This document shows, in pieces, positions 35,086-49,599 of a stretch of 64,000 bases of DNA. The stretch spans positions 616,335 through 680,334 of the forward strand of contig RDEW01000005.1 in assembly GCA_011109175.1 (NCBI GenBank). The letters are read 5' to 3'. Source of the DNA: Dicyema japonicum (taxonomy: Eukaryota > Animalia > Dicyemida). Each line of letters opens with the position of its first letter. Positions within the stretch are counted from its first letter, which is position 1. A program made the translations under genes and the position numbers. The notes beneath the pieces were generated by a model. It was not told the DNA's origin. It saw nothing but the letters and a program-made list of their open reading frames with translations, and ran no database searches.

Positions 35086-36959
35086 ATGACTCTACCAGAA
35101 CGAAGAAAGAAAAATCTTCGATTAAATAGACGCATGGTGTCACGTGGCTAATGTCGGTTAAATGACACGTTTTTATAATTAAATAAAAATAAAAATTATT
35201 TTAAAAATTAATAAATTTCGATTGAATTTGAACCTGGTGGTTAAAATCTTAGTGGTTGTAATGCTATCGTCTTAAAGCTGGTATAGGTTATACCTTTATT
35301 GGCTACTCAGTGGAATACTTCCCTTTCTTCAAGGGGGCTTTCAACAAGACATTTCCTTTCACGGACCCTTAATACTCTAACTTCCTTCTCATTCCGGGGG
35401 TTAATTAACGTAAAGTAGGTAAACTGTGATTTATGCCTGTAACTAACATAGTACGTGGCCGTCCTTCGAGAAAATATTGTATTCCTCAGTTTATTACCCC
35501 CCGTCTTCTGTCCATCAAGGGGAGGGCTGGTGCAACGAAGAGTCGATGGAACTTTCTCCATATAGTCTTGTATCTTCTATTATGCCTAATAAGGTACCTT
35601 CAGCCCATCCATGCTCATTGATTATCTCATTCAGTTCTGGGGTAAATATCGATGATCCCTTCTTTGATTTCACTTCTTAAGTTGTCAGGTTCAGCCATTC
35701 TTGGGAACAGAGTTTAGAGTCTGTATTTTGCGAAAGCGGGGGACATTCAGACAGATTATATACTGAAATACTTATCAAACCCTACGTTTATTTCCTTTAT
35801 CTTGCAATTGGATAACCACGGGAGCTCAACAGAAGGGTTAAATGCGAGGAATCCACGCTCACCATTATACTAGACCTATTAATTGACTTGAACTGTTATT
35901 TTGACATGTCAGATCTTCAAATGGGCAATCTCAGAATTGGAAACACATGTCCCCTCACGATCAGTAAGGAAATGCCCTCACTAAGCCAGCTCCTTTCTCT
36001 CATCCTTTCTCCTCTTTGCGATAAGCGATAGCTTTTTATGACTCCTTTTGTTTCCATGGCGACTGGTCCAAAAATGAACTGTCACAGAGACATTCGAGTT
36101 CTTTTTCTTTAGGGTCTCGGCCTTTTCCGAGGCTGATCCTGGATGAGTTACTGTCACTTCAAGGTTGGATGGAGAGATCCCATCCACACAGGTGACCTTT
36201 CAGAAGAGGTATCTAGTTTCCTACAACCTACTTGGTCGGAGAATTATTGTCGTCCCTTTGCTTTCGTTATATCCTAGAAGATGTTATGTAAATGGGAGAC
36301 TCCAGTGCATGTCTGACATCGAAAAAGGCTCTTATCTTCCCTATTCAATTGGAGGGGTTCCCATATTGAAAGTGCTGGATAGATATGATGCCTTGAATGG
36401 ATACGTTTCACTCCCACCATATGAACTGATTATATTTTAATTATACATTAATTAACTCTTAACCTATTTCCGGTATATCCGCGGTTGTTACATACTTAAT
36501 TTAACCTCGAATAATCTTGAATTTCGTGACCTACTTTTTAATTCAAGACAAACGATTTCTTCAGTCTCACATGTCTCTTTGAGACCAAAATTTGCAATCT
36601 TTCCGAGACCACGGCAAGTTACTGATGCGTCACTACGCAGAGATCAGCCACATTTCTACCCCTGTTAAAGACCCCATATTCAAAAGACGGGGGAACATAT
36701 CACTATCCCCCAATTCCTAATTACATCACTTGTCGCTAACTCATAAACTGAATACAAGAGGTCGATGGTTTGCCATACCCAATCTGATAGTCCATTAACC
36801 ACTCATCGGTCCACTGCTTTGGAAACAATCCGGAACCATCCCTATCTCAACACCAAACCGCAGATCCCCCCGACTATTTCCACTGTAGTTGTTTCGGTAA
36901 TCAAGGAACGAGATTTTCTGAATTAATCAAATCATCCATTTTGTTTGCGGAATCCCAAC

Positions 36960-37110
36960 ACGAATACCACCATCTCTACTATAATACAACCCACATCTCA
37001 AACCTCACAAAATTCATCTCTAATGGCTTTAATAATCACAAACCCCGATCGAACAATAATTGCCTCAATTGATATTAACAAAGAGTTTGACTAACGTAAG
37101 GCACGTGCTA
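36960..37110 (+). mobile_element. Highly decayed LINE RT fragment
   Basis: LTKFISNGFNNHKP.DRTIIASIDINKEFD resembles the RT D..KAFD motif region. Confidence 0.4.
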
Positions 37111-38492
37111 GGAAAAAGATCCTCGGTACGGAGGTCCCTCATTGGCCGTCTTAGAAGTTCCACCGTCTATTAACGGACCGGCTAATTCCTGACACTGTGG
37201 ACATCTTGGAAAACTAAACTCTGCATAGAGAATTATCACTCCCCATTATCTCGGAATATTTATTCCTACTAATTCAACATTGATTGCAACAAAGTGGTAC
37301 ATCTATTAGTTCAACATTGCAAGTATAAATTTCAAACCAGTCAATAATCCTCACATTGAGTCGGGGATTAAATTACTCAATGAGAGACAGCGCATCACCA
37401 ATTACGTGGACAGTGCTCAATAGTTAGAATTATATTAACTAAAGTGCTTAATAATCGACAATTTAATTTATGGCATATTTAATAACTGACCTAATTTGAT
37501 CATTAAATCCTGATAATGTACGACAATCTACCAATGTCCTTTGATCCTACAATGCCCGAGAACTTCAATCTATTTTCTTTAACAATTCATATCACTCGGC
37601 TAATATTAAAGCGTGAAATCACATTAATTGAACTAACTTTATGGTTTACTAATATTTCAATCCTCCAAGGTCCAGCAGTCTCAAGACGCCCTAAGACATC
37701 TTTAAGAGAGGTATTCTAATCTCCTTGGAGACCTGACTTAGAATCGAATATTGTCAGGCAAGCTTCTTGAGGACAAATCAGAAAATTAAAGAACACAAGA
37801 AACCATATTTCTAAATATTTAAACCTTCTGGATATTCGAAATTCAAAGAAGCGAAAATTCCCGCTATCAGCTCCACCCTTGTATGCAATCCGCTGATGAG
37901 GACAAGAGGTCCTCGAACCATATTGAGTCGCTGTCCTTGATTAACGACCTCAAACCATCAACAAGCTTAAATTTTAATCTCATTGGAAAATTGAAACCTA
38001 ATTGGAATTCTTAGTGGTTAATCAAGCAAGAAATACCTTCAAACTAACAGTTAATCGATCTAAACCACGTGGGATTATCGGGAAGGGATAATCGCGAATG
38101 AATAGGGAACACTTGGTGGTAGACAAACTCACTTGAGGCAATATCTCAAACTTTGACCAACTGGAGGAACTACCACACAAGCCTTATAGCCGCCATTTCA
38201 AATCAACACCCACGTGGGCAAAGTGGGATGAATTGACTGTCGGAAAACCGAGTAGGAAGGGCCGAACATTAACAATGAAACAAACCTCAAAGTGGAAAAA
38301 CTAAAAACCACAAAACAGGCGCAATGGACATAATAGTTAGAATGACCGCATTGTGGACTATTCAGACAAATTGCTAGAAGCCACACAATAATCAACCTAA
38401 ACCACAAAAAACACCACAAAATTGTAAATACTCTTCATTAATTTTACAAGTAAGCAATAGTTAAAAGCTGTGACGGAATATATATTCAGATC

Positions 38493-39939
38493 TCACTCCC
38501 GTCCAGTGTGACTATTTCCACTCACGTTGGGGTTTCCTGGGTTTCGTGGATTGGGGTTATTCTGTTGAAACCTGGGCATCCCCTGCATTGGAGGGAAATG
38601 TCTAAGCATGTTATAGGCATCAGCCATGCTCATTCCAACTAAGGGATTCATTTGGGGGTTATTACCGGAGTTTTGGGGACCACGGGGGAAAAACAAATAC
38701 GGGCTATAAGCGGCTAGGACTGCCGGGTTGATCGGCTGTTGTCCCATTTGATTGGGCATAATCGACATTACGGACTGGTAGAACTTGAGCAAATCAGCTT
38801 GGGAGTTCGGCAATCGTTGATTATTCGCTGATAAAACTCCTCCATTAAAGGGGGGATAATTAAGCCTCTGAGTAAAGTTTTCGGGAATTCGACCACGTGG
38901 AATGGCTTTGGTATTGGAAAGATATCCCTGACAACGCATTGCTTCAGGGATGCTGTTCGGCGGGACTTGGAAAATGTCTGAATTCTTGATTCCTGAGACT
39001 AAATTGTTCAATTCACGATTTTCCTTAAGAATTTTGTAATTGTTAGCCATTTTTTGCTGAGGTTTCTGTGTATTTTGAACAATTCCTTGAAATTGAGTCA
39101 AATTCGGGGTCCCAGAGTGAATATAAGAATCGTTGAGAATCTGCTTTTCTCCAAAATTGATCCATTGCAGGGACTCGAAGATGGGCAGTCCAAGGCACAC
39201 AGATTTTTGATGGCAAAATTCTTATTGGGAATTTGACTGGGAGGAGACTCCTTCGAATTGTCGGAGATATCAGAAAAGTGAACATCGTTAACTCCAAGAA
39301 CTGGTAGATGGGAGTTCTTTAGCGGACTATCCCCATACAATTCGGCTTCTTGGTTAGTTTCGCACTTTAGGGTCGAGTTTAACGGGGAATTCACGAATTC
39401 CGTGGACAATTTTCTGTCAATTATTTCCGGTGGCGTCTGTTCCCCCTGTGAGGTTAACTCATCAAGCTCACGGCAAATTTTTGAGGACAATTCTTCGATA
39501 AATTAAGGGAAATTACCTGGGGGGATATTAGTCGCCTTTAATCTCTTCCGCCCTCCGTGTTTCCTTCGTCTCTTCTTTTGAACTTTAGGCTTCTCTTTGG
39601 CAGTTTCGTAACGGTCGTACATAGCACGTGCATGTCTGAAATATTACCACAAAGCGCCAACCTCAAAGTCATCTGGTCAATGTCTTGTGAGAACAAAGTC
39701 CCATTGAAGACCTTACCATTCATGAGGAACTCAACCTCCATAATACCTAAAATGGATTATGAGATTATCGTAATAAAGAAATTAAAAACTTAAGGATTAA
39801 AACCTTCAATTAGCTGTTCAACCCGAATGTTCTCGATTAACTGGGTATTGGCTCTCCTTGGCTTTCCAGAGTCCCCCTTTTTGGGGTCTCTCCCGTTGGC
39901 CAACTTTCTGGATTTATTAGTCTCTTCTAATTCGGTCAT
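38493..39939 (-). CDS. Uncharacterised probable nuclear protein (~440 aa) with a basic NLS-like stretch and a Q/N/P/M-rich low-complexity C-terminus; 3 introns (57, 26, 24 nt) and one apparent 1-nt frameshift near 39150
   Basis: MTELEETNKSRKLANG...EGIMEVEFLMNGKVFNGTLFSQDIDQMTLRHARAMYDRYETAKEKPKVQKKRRRKHGGRKRLK..., joined to ORFs 39098-39490 and 38493-39200. Confidence 0.7.
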
Positions 39940-41516
39940 TACGATCTAAATATGTAAGTGTCCTAAATATTTAAGCAGACTAGCAATAATCGATTCTCAA
40001 ATCGATTGCACTTATAGTCAAGTTAAGGCCCACTGCGTGTCTATGCCAGCAAAGGGACAGCGAATACCAAAACAGATAGACTTACGAAAGGGGACAATAT
40101 GCTAATAGATATGCAAATGGACTGGAACTAAGTTAATATGCGGGTTTAACTTGATAACGGAATTCACAGCACGTAGATACGATTAAAGGAAAATTTAACA
40201 AAATAACCATTCGTGCGTGTTAAGTGATTGAAAATCGATCAAAGAAAGACTTACAGCATAAAAGGGCACAGATGTAATGGAATACAGCACAAGCTTTATA
40301 TAATCACATTATGCGCTAATCTGAGTAATTATGTAAAGCTATCGCTGCAGTATACCGCATTAGTAACACAAACCAAGTTTAAATCAAAAATCCTTATTAT
40401 TGCTAATTCACCGCAGATTGGGTTATAAATGTAAAATATTTGCGTCCAGCAAAATCGATTTATGTCAATTTTAGTAATTTTCATTGAGTCACAGTCGTGA
40501 TGATAATCAAGACATGACTCAATCGATGACACCTTTAGTGAACACTGGGAATCAGAATAACTAATTAGGTCAGTTTATTCCCAATTATACAAATATCGAT
40601 AATATCTCCCAATTTCAAAATTATAATCTCCTTCAGCTGTGCCATCCTGCTGGGACTGAAGCGATCCAATATGGGCCACGTGTGTCCTGTATTTTTGTCG
40701 GTCAATTAATAATAATCGATGTATTGTTGTAATTGTCGTCACTGGCACTTTATGAGGTCCATTGTTGTCTGGGATTCATTTAAATGATTTTTAAGCACTT
40801 TAATAAGCCATTAGCGTCGTCAGGATATAAAACTGAGATAAATAAAACCACACATTCTATATCTCAGTCCGTCCCCAAACAACCGCAGATGACGTGGCAG
40901 TCGGTAGAGCTAATTTCCATTTTGTGTAAAATGGGGATTTCAGTAATCCTATATTTGAATCGATTATTTGATCGGATAATCCGTCTGTCAATTGTGACCA
41001 CAATTAGTGAATCAATATTCTGTAATTATTGTGAATACCTTTAATCAATATTTCCTGTCAGTGAGGTTGATGACGTCATCTTTGATCCATCAGTTTAATT
41101 GATTTTATAATCGTTAAATTTCCTAAAAAGCATCATTCACCATACAATTCAAATTTGGGTCAAATTATGTTTAATGTGAACTAAAATTCTCGAGAATAAT
41201 AAAAGTCAACATTTCCCTAAGAAAGGTCAACAGCATAATCGATCTCCCAGTGGGACAGCTTATTAGTGAAGCACATCAAATTAAAGTGCTTTGATTACTA
41301 TTTGAGGTTAGCAAATCAATAATTAATATTATGTCTGTCATTCATTAACACTATAAATTTTAATCAGCTTAGTTGATAATTTAAATTTTCTTTGGACGTG
41401 TCCTCGTAGTAGATCTTGATATTATACATTTGACCCTGCATTGGGTTCCCATTGTACTCACGACTTCCCTGGAATATTTGACTATTGGGTCTCTTCAGGG
41501 ATCAGTGTCTACAGAG

Positions 41517-41750
41517 ATCTATCTCTCCCAACTAAGTGGCACGTGGTTCTTCAGTCATTGCATAAGGGATAACTGGGCAAACAGAGGACACAATTTCCAG
41601 AGATCTTTAATAACGGTTGGTAGTATACTAGGGTGATCATCTATCTCCCCCAACTATGTACCCACGTGAATCTTTAGTCATCATATAAAGGATAACTACT
41701 TGTACAGTGGACACAGTTTCCAGGGATCCTATAGAGCGGTCGTTAGCTTC
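41517..41750. repeat. Two diverged ~122-bp tandem units
   Basis: atctatctc-ccaacta...cacgtg...cagtcat...aaggataact...ggacaca-tttccag-gatc repeated at 41517 and 41639. Confidence 0.6.
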
Positions 41751-44700
41751 TATTTTTTCCTAAGAACCCACCTGGAATTTAGTGATTAAATAAAGGATAA
41801 CATCGAAATATGGCACAATAGCACTTTACCATAAGAACAGCTCTCAAGTACCACTTTAATGTGTGCATGAAATCGATCGTCTTACAGCTCGTTGAAGTTA
41901 CGACGACAGATTGTCAAGTGACTTTCAAAGTGATCTCTTCCCTTTCAAGTGATTTTCGAAACGGACCTAAGACAAAGACTAGAAAAATCATATCTGTTAT
42001 TCAATCCCCTGTAAGCGAATTACATAAAACATAATCTCAAACTAAAGCAGATTAAATTTACCGTACACACTCATTAAAGCAATGTCCTTGACCTCATTCA
42101 GTTTAAAGGGGATTTTACTGCAAGTTTAAATCGCATTAATTGGCTTGAAAATTCGCCATAAATGGAAAACCAAGCTAAAGTATCTTCAATTTCTTTCAAT
42201 ATTACATAATCCACTTTGTGTATAGAATTTCAAGTCCGTTGTGACCCACACGTTGCGTAATCTGCTTAGGCTATAAGATTCAATAGAAACTGAAGCCAGG
42301 GACTATTTTCCATATCCCTTAACATACCCAAGCCGAAAGGAGTTCATCCTTCAGGTTATACAAACCGAGGTGCCTATTTCTGAGTTGCTAAATGTCCTTA
42401 GCGTCAGTCCACCTAAAACCGAGATATCTATTGAGCGTCCTTAAACATTCTATCATTTATATGTCGCAGAGACTTACACGAATCAAATCATTCCAAGGGT
42501 GATCACTTTCGCCTACATAAACCCAAACGTCTTCTCAGTAACATGGGGATCAATCTTAGACTGAATCAGTTACTTTATAAGGGTTAGTATTGTGTTATCC
42601 GATTATTATACTCGATTACGTCTGCGCGGATAAACCGTTAGTAAAGGAAAAACGCCGATGAATGGTTATTCTTTAAGCGGAAACGGAAATAAAGACATAA
42701 TTAACAAGTCACACTCCATTTTTCAAGAAGCATTGGACATCGCTACTGACGGCGGCCACAACGAGGCGCTGTGAAAACCATCTAAGTTATCGGGGTCTCT
42801 GGGTCGCACCACAATCGCATTCCTGATTTCGTTGACGACTCCTTTATTTCTCCTCCACTCCAGAGACTTCAAAGGGAGTTGAGAAATTCAAACAAACTCT
42901 GCCTTTAAATTAAAAGACTGAGTAAATGTATTTAAGCAAAAATCACACATTCTTATGGATTTTAAGATTTAGAGGACGAAAAATGATTTAATATCGTGAG
43001 GGATGAAATTGTCCGTGAAATTGATTTTTTTACCCAATCAAGCTGCAAGAACTTTGAGAAAATAAAGCAATATCTGGGAGAGATATATAAGACGCATATT
43101 TATCGATTAACAACGAAATCCCCATTTCTCTAATTAGGCACAAAAATTCAATAAAACTGATAAATGACGAATTTGAATAGATTTTAGTACATTTTTGACA
43201 ATTATTTGAAAGTGCTTAGAAATTTGCTTTGTTCACGCTTATCCTTTACCCATTCCAGAAATTTATCCGATCTTCTCAGCGAGCTGTCATGTGCTCTTAA
43301 ACTTCAGGACTAAACAGAGACTGGCTGGAAAAACCATTTATCCTCGAAGGGGACATTTTTCTGGCTACAGAACTGATCTGCTTAACCGAACAGCGGTAAA
43401 AGCAATTGAGTTCTGCGGCTAAAATTGTCAGTTAATTTTTCCAAGGTACTGGTCGCTTTAGAAGAACCTTGAGTTTACTCGACTCTGAGATCTCCAGGTT
43501 CACTCAATTAACCGGCCTTCACTTCTTTCTTAGTATGCGTGAATATCCCACCGTCAACGTCAAATCATATTTTGGCCTTTTTTAGATTTTATAGTAATTA
43601 GCTTCTCGGACTTTTGGCTAAGATCAAAGTGTAGTATCTGTTCCTTCCAGCTTTATACTCGGGACGCCCCTACAAGGGACAATTAGAATCAGCATTAGTC
43701 AAATTACAATTAAAATTGTATTTGCCTACGTCCCCAATATCGAGGGACTTCATATACATGCTCTAGTGAACTCGTAAAGTAATCCTACTGCAGCCACATA
43801 TTTGTGCTCCACTCCAACTGTAATGCAACAATTAAATCAAAGTATTGAAATTTTCTGGAGACGACATGCACGTGCCACTCAATTGGACATATCGAATTTC
43901 TATCAAATCAGGGTAAATACTGGATCCTGACTTAGAAGAGAGTGAAAATTCACTTTCACAACATGAAATATAAATGGCATTATGTGTGTTCTAAATCGTC
44001 TCTTCGTTGTACCAATCGATGATTGTAATAATGCGGTCAAATAACCTTGGAATTATCAAACAATTTTATTAAAGTTAACAAGATTAGGAGTTGATAGGAC
44101 TATGACAGTTTCCAAAGGAGAGAGTGAATGGCTGGTACCCTTGTTAACTGCCAGAGAATTCCATTTAGCGATAATCCCCAGTAACTTTGAAAAACTTCGA
44201 CACCAGCGATCTCAAGAATGAGTTTGTTTTTGAGCCGAAGACTCCAATCTTTTTGACGACAACAGGCTGCTCGTGGGATATGCTGGAAAGGCTGTCGTAT
44301 GTTCTTATTTAAAGTTTTCAAATCCTCGTGGAGCTTCCCCAGCTTTCGACGCAAATCCGATAACTATGAATGTGCACGCCTTGGATCAGTCATTTTCTTT
44401 GAGAGAAAGGGAAGACCGTGATGCCGTCAGGGCGCTTTCCATCTCTATGGTCTTGGCTCACCGGTCCCAGAGCCTACGAAACCTTGAACTCATCCAAAGT
44501 AGAATATGTATTAATCCCAAATATCTGTAAATGGAACAATTTTGGTTTTAAAAACAAAAAAATTAAAGATAGGGGCCTCAGCCTAACTGGGTTAATATTC
44601 CCCCTCTGAACTGCGAAGAAAATCCTTAAATAAATATGAAGCAAAATAGTAGTGAATAAGATAAAGCCCTCTGCAAAAGCTAGCAGGTTGTGGAAGGCAA

Positions 44701-46333
44701 ACCGCTGGTTAGCAAATGGAATATGATTAGATCACATTGAAAAATGGCTCTAAGCTTAAAAATCCGAAAATCTATTATTGGTCTTCAAAAATCTGATATC
44801 GATTGAAGTCTGAAGGTTTAATAATAGTCGGTTATAGTCTATTATTGGCAGGAAAACCATGAATGGAGTGAAATTGATTTTTATACTACCAACGCTTCGG
44901 GTGTATCTACGTGTCATTTGGACGATATATTTTATATTTCTGGAATCAACATCCTTTATTATATGTCGTGAAGGTGTAAATTTTAATAATTTAATTTTTA
45001 ACCACGAATACACTAAGCAAGAAGTTAATAGTTAACAACGTCGTCACAAAAGCATTGAGGCTTTTCAATAGTCCATACAGAACTAGCGGAAAGTATATCA
45101 TCCGTTCAACTATGGAAAATTCTCCAATTGGAGAGGGGAGAGCAAATAATTCCTTTTCGGGCCATCCTGGGACTGGTCGTCACTAGAAGTGGGTTGATCA
45201 CATGAGGCCACTTTACTAGAATGAGGAATAAAGGAAAAGGAAAAAAGAATGAAACCTTCAAATTTTTGATTTTTTATCAATGTCAAGATGAGATTTTATG
45301 AATCAATTCGACTTTAGGGACCACGTTGACAAGTAAGTTAGAAAGTTAGAAGAGATCGAACTTCAATCGACATTGTTGGTTAACATGACCATGAATTTGG
45401 TTAATATCATTGATATGTTTTCTTTAACTGTTAAACTGGCGAGTAATCATGTTATAATGTCTTCGAATTTGACTCATTATAATTGATTTGTTAGGACGTT
45501 ACAAAACTGGAACGTCTGGTTGCGCGTAATTTAATAAGGACGCTACAGAAACTTCTCTAGTTAATCTCCATACTATCATGAGAGACAAGGCACCATAATT
45601 ATGTCTGTGGAGTTCAATAGTTACAATTAACTAAATAGTGTATTCATCAAACACAAACAATTATACTAGAAGTCCCTTTTAGTTAAGGCTGGCCGCTCTC
45701 AGAAGTGAAAATGCATTTCTTTGACTATTTGTAAAAAAATGCGCTCAAACAGTTAGCTCCTTATTTTTTTCCTTCTTGCAATAAGCGATCCTATACGGTT
45801 TAGTACTCTAATTTCTGGTATTACGAGTGACGTCGTCATCAGTGATTCATCATTGCGGAACCGATTGTCTCAGGGACTCACACGCAAGCAAAAAGAAAAG
45901 AACAAAAAGTCAAGAACCCTTTCAAGTCTTTGATTAATGTTTTGAATTTTTTCATAACTGTTCTTTATTTCTAAAGGGAGTTCGCTCTAAGCTGAGATGA
46001 GTAATGGAAACATCACTACTCCTCGGTGGAAGGGCTATTATAATATTAACGATTACAAGACAAACATTTACATTTGTAGTAAAGTAACCATACTAAAGAT
46101 CTCCCAAAGGTGCCTTTCGGTTAGAGCTGGTATATTCTTCTGGTATAACCAAGTAAACAAGAAAGATTGACATGAATTTTATCCACTAAGAAAAGCTATA
46201 ATCAAGGAAACTCGATAGAGATTCGTTGGACATGTAATGAGAGTGAACCTGAAAGTCCAAGGTGACCTGACCATGATAGGCTTTTTCACCTCCGACCCTC
46301 CCAGAATCATAGTTCAACAGGAGACTATTAACT

Positions 46334-46590
46334 TATAGCCCCGCATATGAAGGATACACTTGATTAGAGTAAACAAGAGCTACGTTAGCTAATCAAAGGG
46401 GCTAAGGATTGTTAACTTCTTTTTTAGTTACACCTGAGTCCTTGTAAATCAGGTTCCGTGGAGAGGAAACACTGATGACGGCGTCACTCCTCAAGCCAAA
46501 CAGCATTGCAGATAGAACCTCCAGCCGGTATGGGCATCAGCGAGATTCGAATCGAGAAACATCTGAATTTTGCCTAGCACTTATAACACT
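46334..46590 (-). mobile_element. Old tRNA-SINE family B copy (plus-strand fragment also at ~45820-45920)
   Basis: Retains tatagccccgcat, actgatgacggcgtcactc and agcgagattcgaatc. Confidence 0.65.
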
Positions 46591-47859
46591 GCACTTAAAA
46601 TTGTGGTTGAAATAAAAAGCCGCAAACCAAATTCTTACATTCACATGCATGCACACAAAAATTAATATAAATTGAGAGTTACTAGTAATTAATAAAATTT
46701 ATTAAGCGATTTCAATCCACGTGTCAGTTATTTGTAGCCTCTGAAACGTCAAAGCTTTTTTATTTTTGGACTGGACGTGATTCGAACCCTAACTCTACTT
46801 GCTTCCGAGTATGTCAGAATCTAATGTTTCCTGAGTTTGTCATCTTGACCATACTCACGGGAATGAAGATAAGGGCTTTAATCCACCATGAAACTGAGTA
46901 GACTTTCAGAAGTACATCACCACCTCAATCATCTTCAGACCAATTATATGCGTAAAGCTAATCTTGAGAGATCTATTTGTTGAGTGTGATTGTAAATTAA
47001 TGATTGGAAAATGCCGTTCACGTGCATGCTTACACGAGTCCGATTTGTGATCAAAAATGTACCAAGTCTTTAATTCAGTTAGTTTGCGAGTTCAAGTATT
47101 TCATTTCTGATCTCTTATGCATAAACTTACGCAACAGCCCTTCTAGAACGTATGAGTGCTGATTGGATCGATTTTTGTCAATAAATCACTTTTTAGAATT
47201 GTTTACATCCCCAAAATTTAATTTTGTGAAGATTTCGCTATGAATTTTCGATCAAATCATGGGATTTTATATGCGGTTTATGTTCTACCGTTGAACTCCT
47301 AACAACATCATCCTTCTGCGAAACATCTGTGACCACCTCTGGGATTCTTACTCATCTATTTACTCATGGATTTCACGAAGACAAAATATTTGATTCAATC
47401 ATTCGCTTAAAGTCAAAAGGGACGAACTCTCCAGAGAGAAGTTTAAATGAGTACGAGAGATTAGCTACATAGCTTGTTACGAGAGATTAGCCCTTCTTCC
47501 GTCATTTGTTGTAGAGAATTTGAACTCTTAGAGGTTTGATTGAGAAACTCCTTTAATTTCATGAATGATGCTTCATTTGTAGAAGAATGCAATCCGTCAG
47601 AAATTTTGTGAATCTTGGGAGTCTTCTAGGCAATCCAGAACCAACGGAAATGGAGGAAAAGTCCCTTGCAATTGTGTGAACCCCTCAGTAGAGTAAAGGA
47701 GAGGAAATGATTTTTTTCTTACCATCCAGACACTAAACGGGTAGATCACAGGACCCCAATCTAAGTGATCAAGAAAAGATCAGGAACACAAGAAAGCAAG
47801 AGAAATCCTACCAAGTGGAATTTTTTTGAAGTAGCGCCACAATTTTTCTCGTTTACCAG

Positions 47860-48060
47860 AAGACTGTTTAAGTGTGAGATGTACATCGGTAGAGAAACGT
47901 CCAGAAAGTGGCCAATCTCGGCACAAGGGTAGGCATTTAGCCAGGCACTTGCTGAATGGCAGCTAGCTCCTTTGAGGCATGCAAGTCTTCTTGCATTCCC
48001 AATTCTCTCAGGGCGCTCTTTTTGTTCAAAGGCACGCCTCGAATATGCTTTCTGATTAGC
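47860..48060 (-). mobile_element. CRE-clade fragment (region between RT and RLE)
   Basis: ARRLACLKGASCHSASAWLNAYPCAEIGHFLD matches the RARL...SGAWL.A.P....G..LD pattern. Confidence 0.55.
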
Positions 48061-49599
48061 GCCGCTCAATGATCCAAAGGGCCACCAAGGATCCACATGG
48101 GATGGATGTCTTCGAGAGCGTGTCAGAGGAAACTGCATGACCATTCAAGCTCCCATTTGCTTTATAATTCAAATCCAATCAAAGTCAAGTGATAAAGACC
48201 CTGGCAAGGTAACGATTGTGGATCTCGACATATATCATTTGTGTTGAAAGTCTTGATATTTTCTGAGTAATAATCCCACGTGCTTAAAGCCTGGAATGAC
48301 ATGATGAGTCTTCCAGGACATTAGAGTCGTGATCATCAGCGTTAATTTCATTTAATCAATAAATATCAAAGTAAATTAACAATTTTAATTTGTTAAAAAT
48401 TTGATTTTCTGAGCATGCCGCCATCAATAGGAGTTATAAGCGCTCTCTTGAAAGGCTGGATTCCCATCATCTCTGGAACCGTTGGGTCTTCACCGTCTCT
48501 TACTGATCTTTTTAGGAGTCACATCGCCATCAAGTACTTCAGAAATCGTTGTATAAAACCTTATGTTTAAAGATACCTACCTGATAGAAGGAATTCACCT
48601 TCTTTAAATTCTAAGAGGTGTCGTGATCTATTTATCTCAAGAGACTCCTAGATCCTCGTCAACAGCCAAAAAGGACCTCTCTTTTTTACTCCAATTTAGG
48701 GGTTTCACAATGGAGGCTCAAAAAGATGCGTATCAATTCGACCAGGTTAACTAAATATACCACAACTTTTAATCTACATCCAGGATTATTAAATAAATAA
48801 ATTCAAGTCTCTAATAAATAATTTATTTAAAGACCAAGCATCACCATTATATTAAGAAAAAGGTGCAGCCATAAGTTGATCTTGGCCTTTTTCAGTTGCC
48901 TTTTCATTATCGCTCTGTGACCCTTTCGGATCATACAGACTCTGTATTTTCGCGTTACAGACATATGCTTGTGTGATAACCCGGGAGTAATTTTTTAACT
49001 CTCGGAAGAGTTAGCCTAAGATCGGCTTTAGAGATCGCCCATCCGGCATACCTATCGTCGCTTTCGAGCCGCAGTCGATTCACAGTTAACATTCTCTCTC
49101 AATTGCCAAAAAAAGAGTTTCCTCATTCGTAGGTTTTAGATTCTTGGTTTATGTAAATTAAAAAACACATTATGAACAAAAGGTTCTAGTGAGCATTGCC
49201 ACGGGGTTCCAAGAAGCTGAAAAAATCATCTCCGTTCACGGAGGTCTCTGAGTCGGATCATGATTGTATTCCCACTTTCACTGATGGCTCATTTACCCAT
49301 TCTTTTAATCGCTTCAATGGTTGAAGGAGATCGGGATTAACCCAATATCTCCAATTAATACGACTAACATTTAAGTTTTGTTAAAGCTAACCCGTCCATG
49401 GAGGACTTGTTCATCTCTGATACTCCCTTATTCCATGAACGACCACCAGGATCATAAATATCAGTTTTGATTGCGATTTCATCTGTTATATTTAAATCAT
49501 TAAGTTGATTCAATTTTTTTTATATTTTAAATATTAAAAACAATTTTACGATGATAATCTTCCCATACCAAGTCCAAGATCTATAATCACTCCTATATA

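Noticed and set aside
36130-36160. Hammerhead ribozyme (ctgatc...gatgag)
   Set aside because: No exact CUGAUGA core with a matching GAAA and three stems.
42480-42860. GC-richer island as a possible snRNA or spliced-leader RNA gene
   Set aside because: No Sm site in a convincing structure and no recognisable snRNA motif; this needs an Infernal search.
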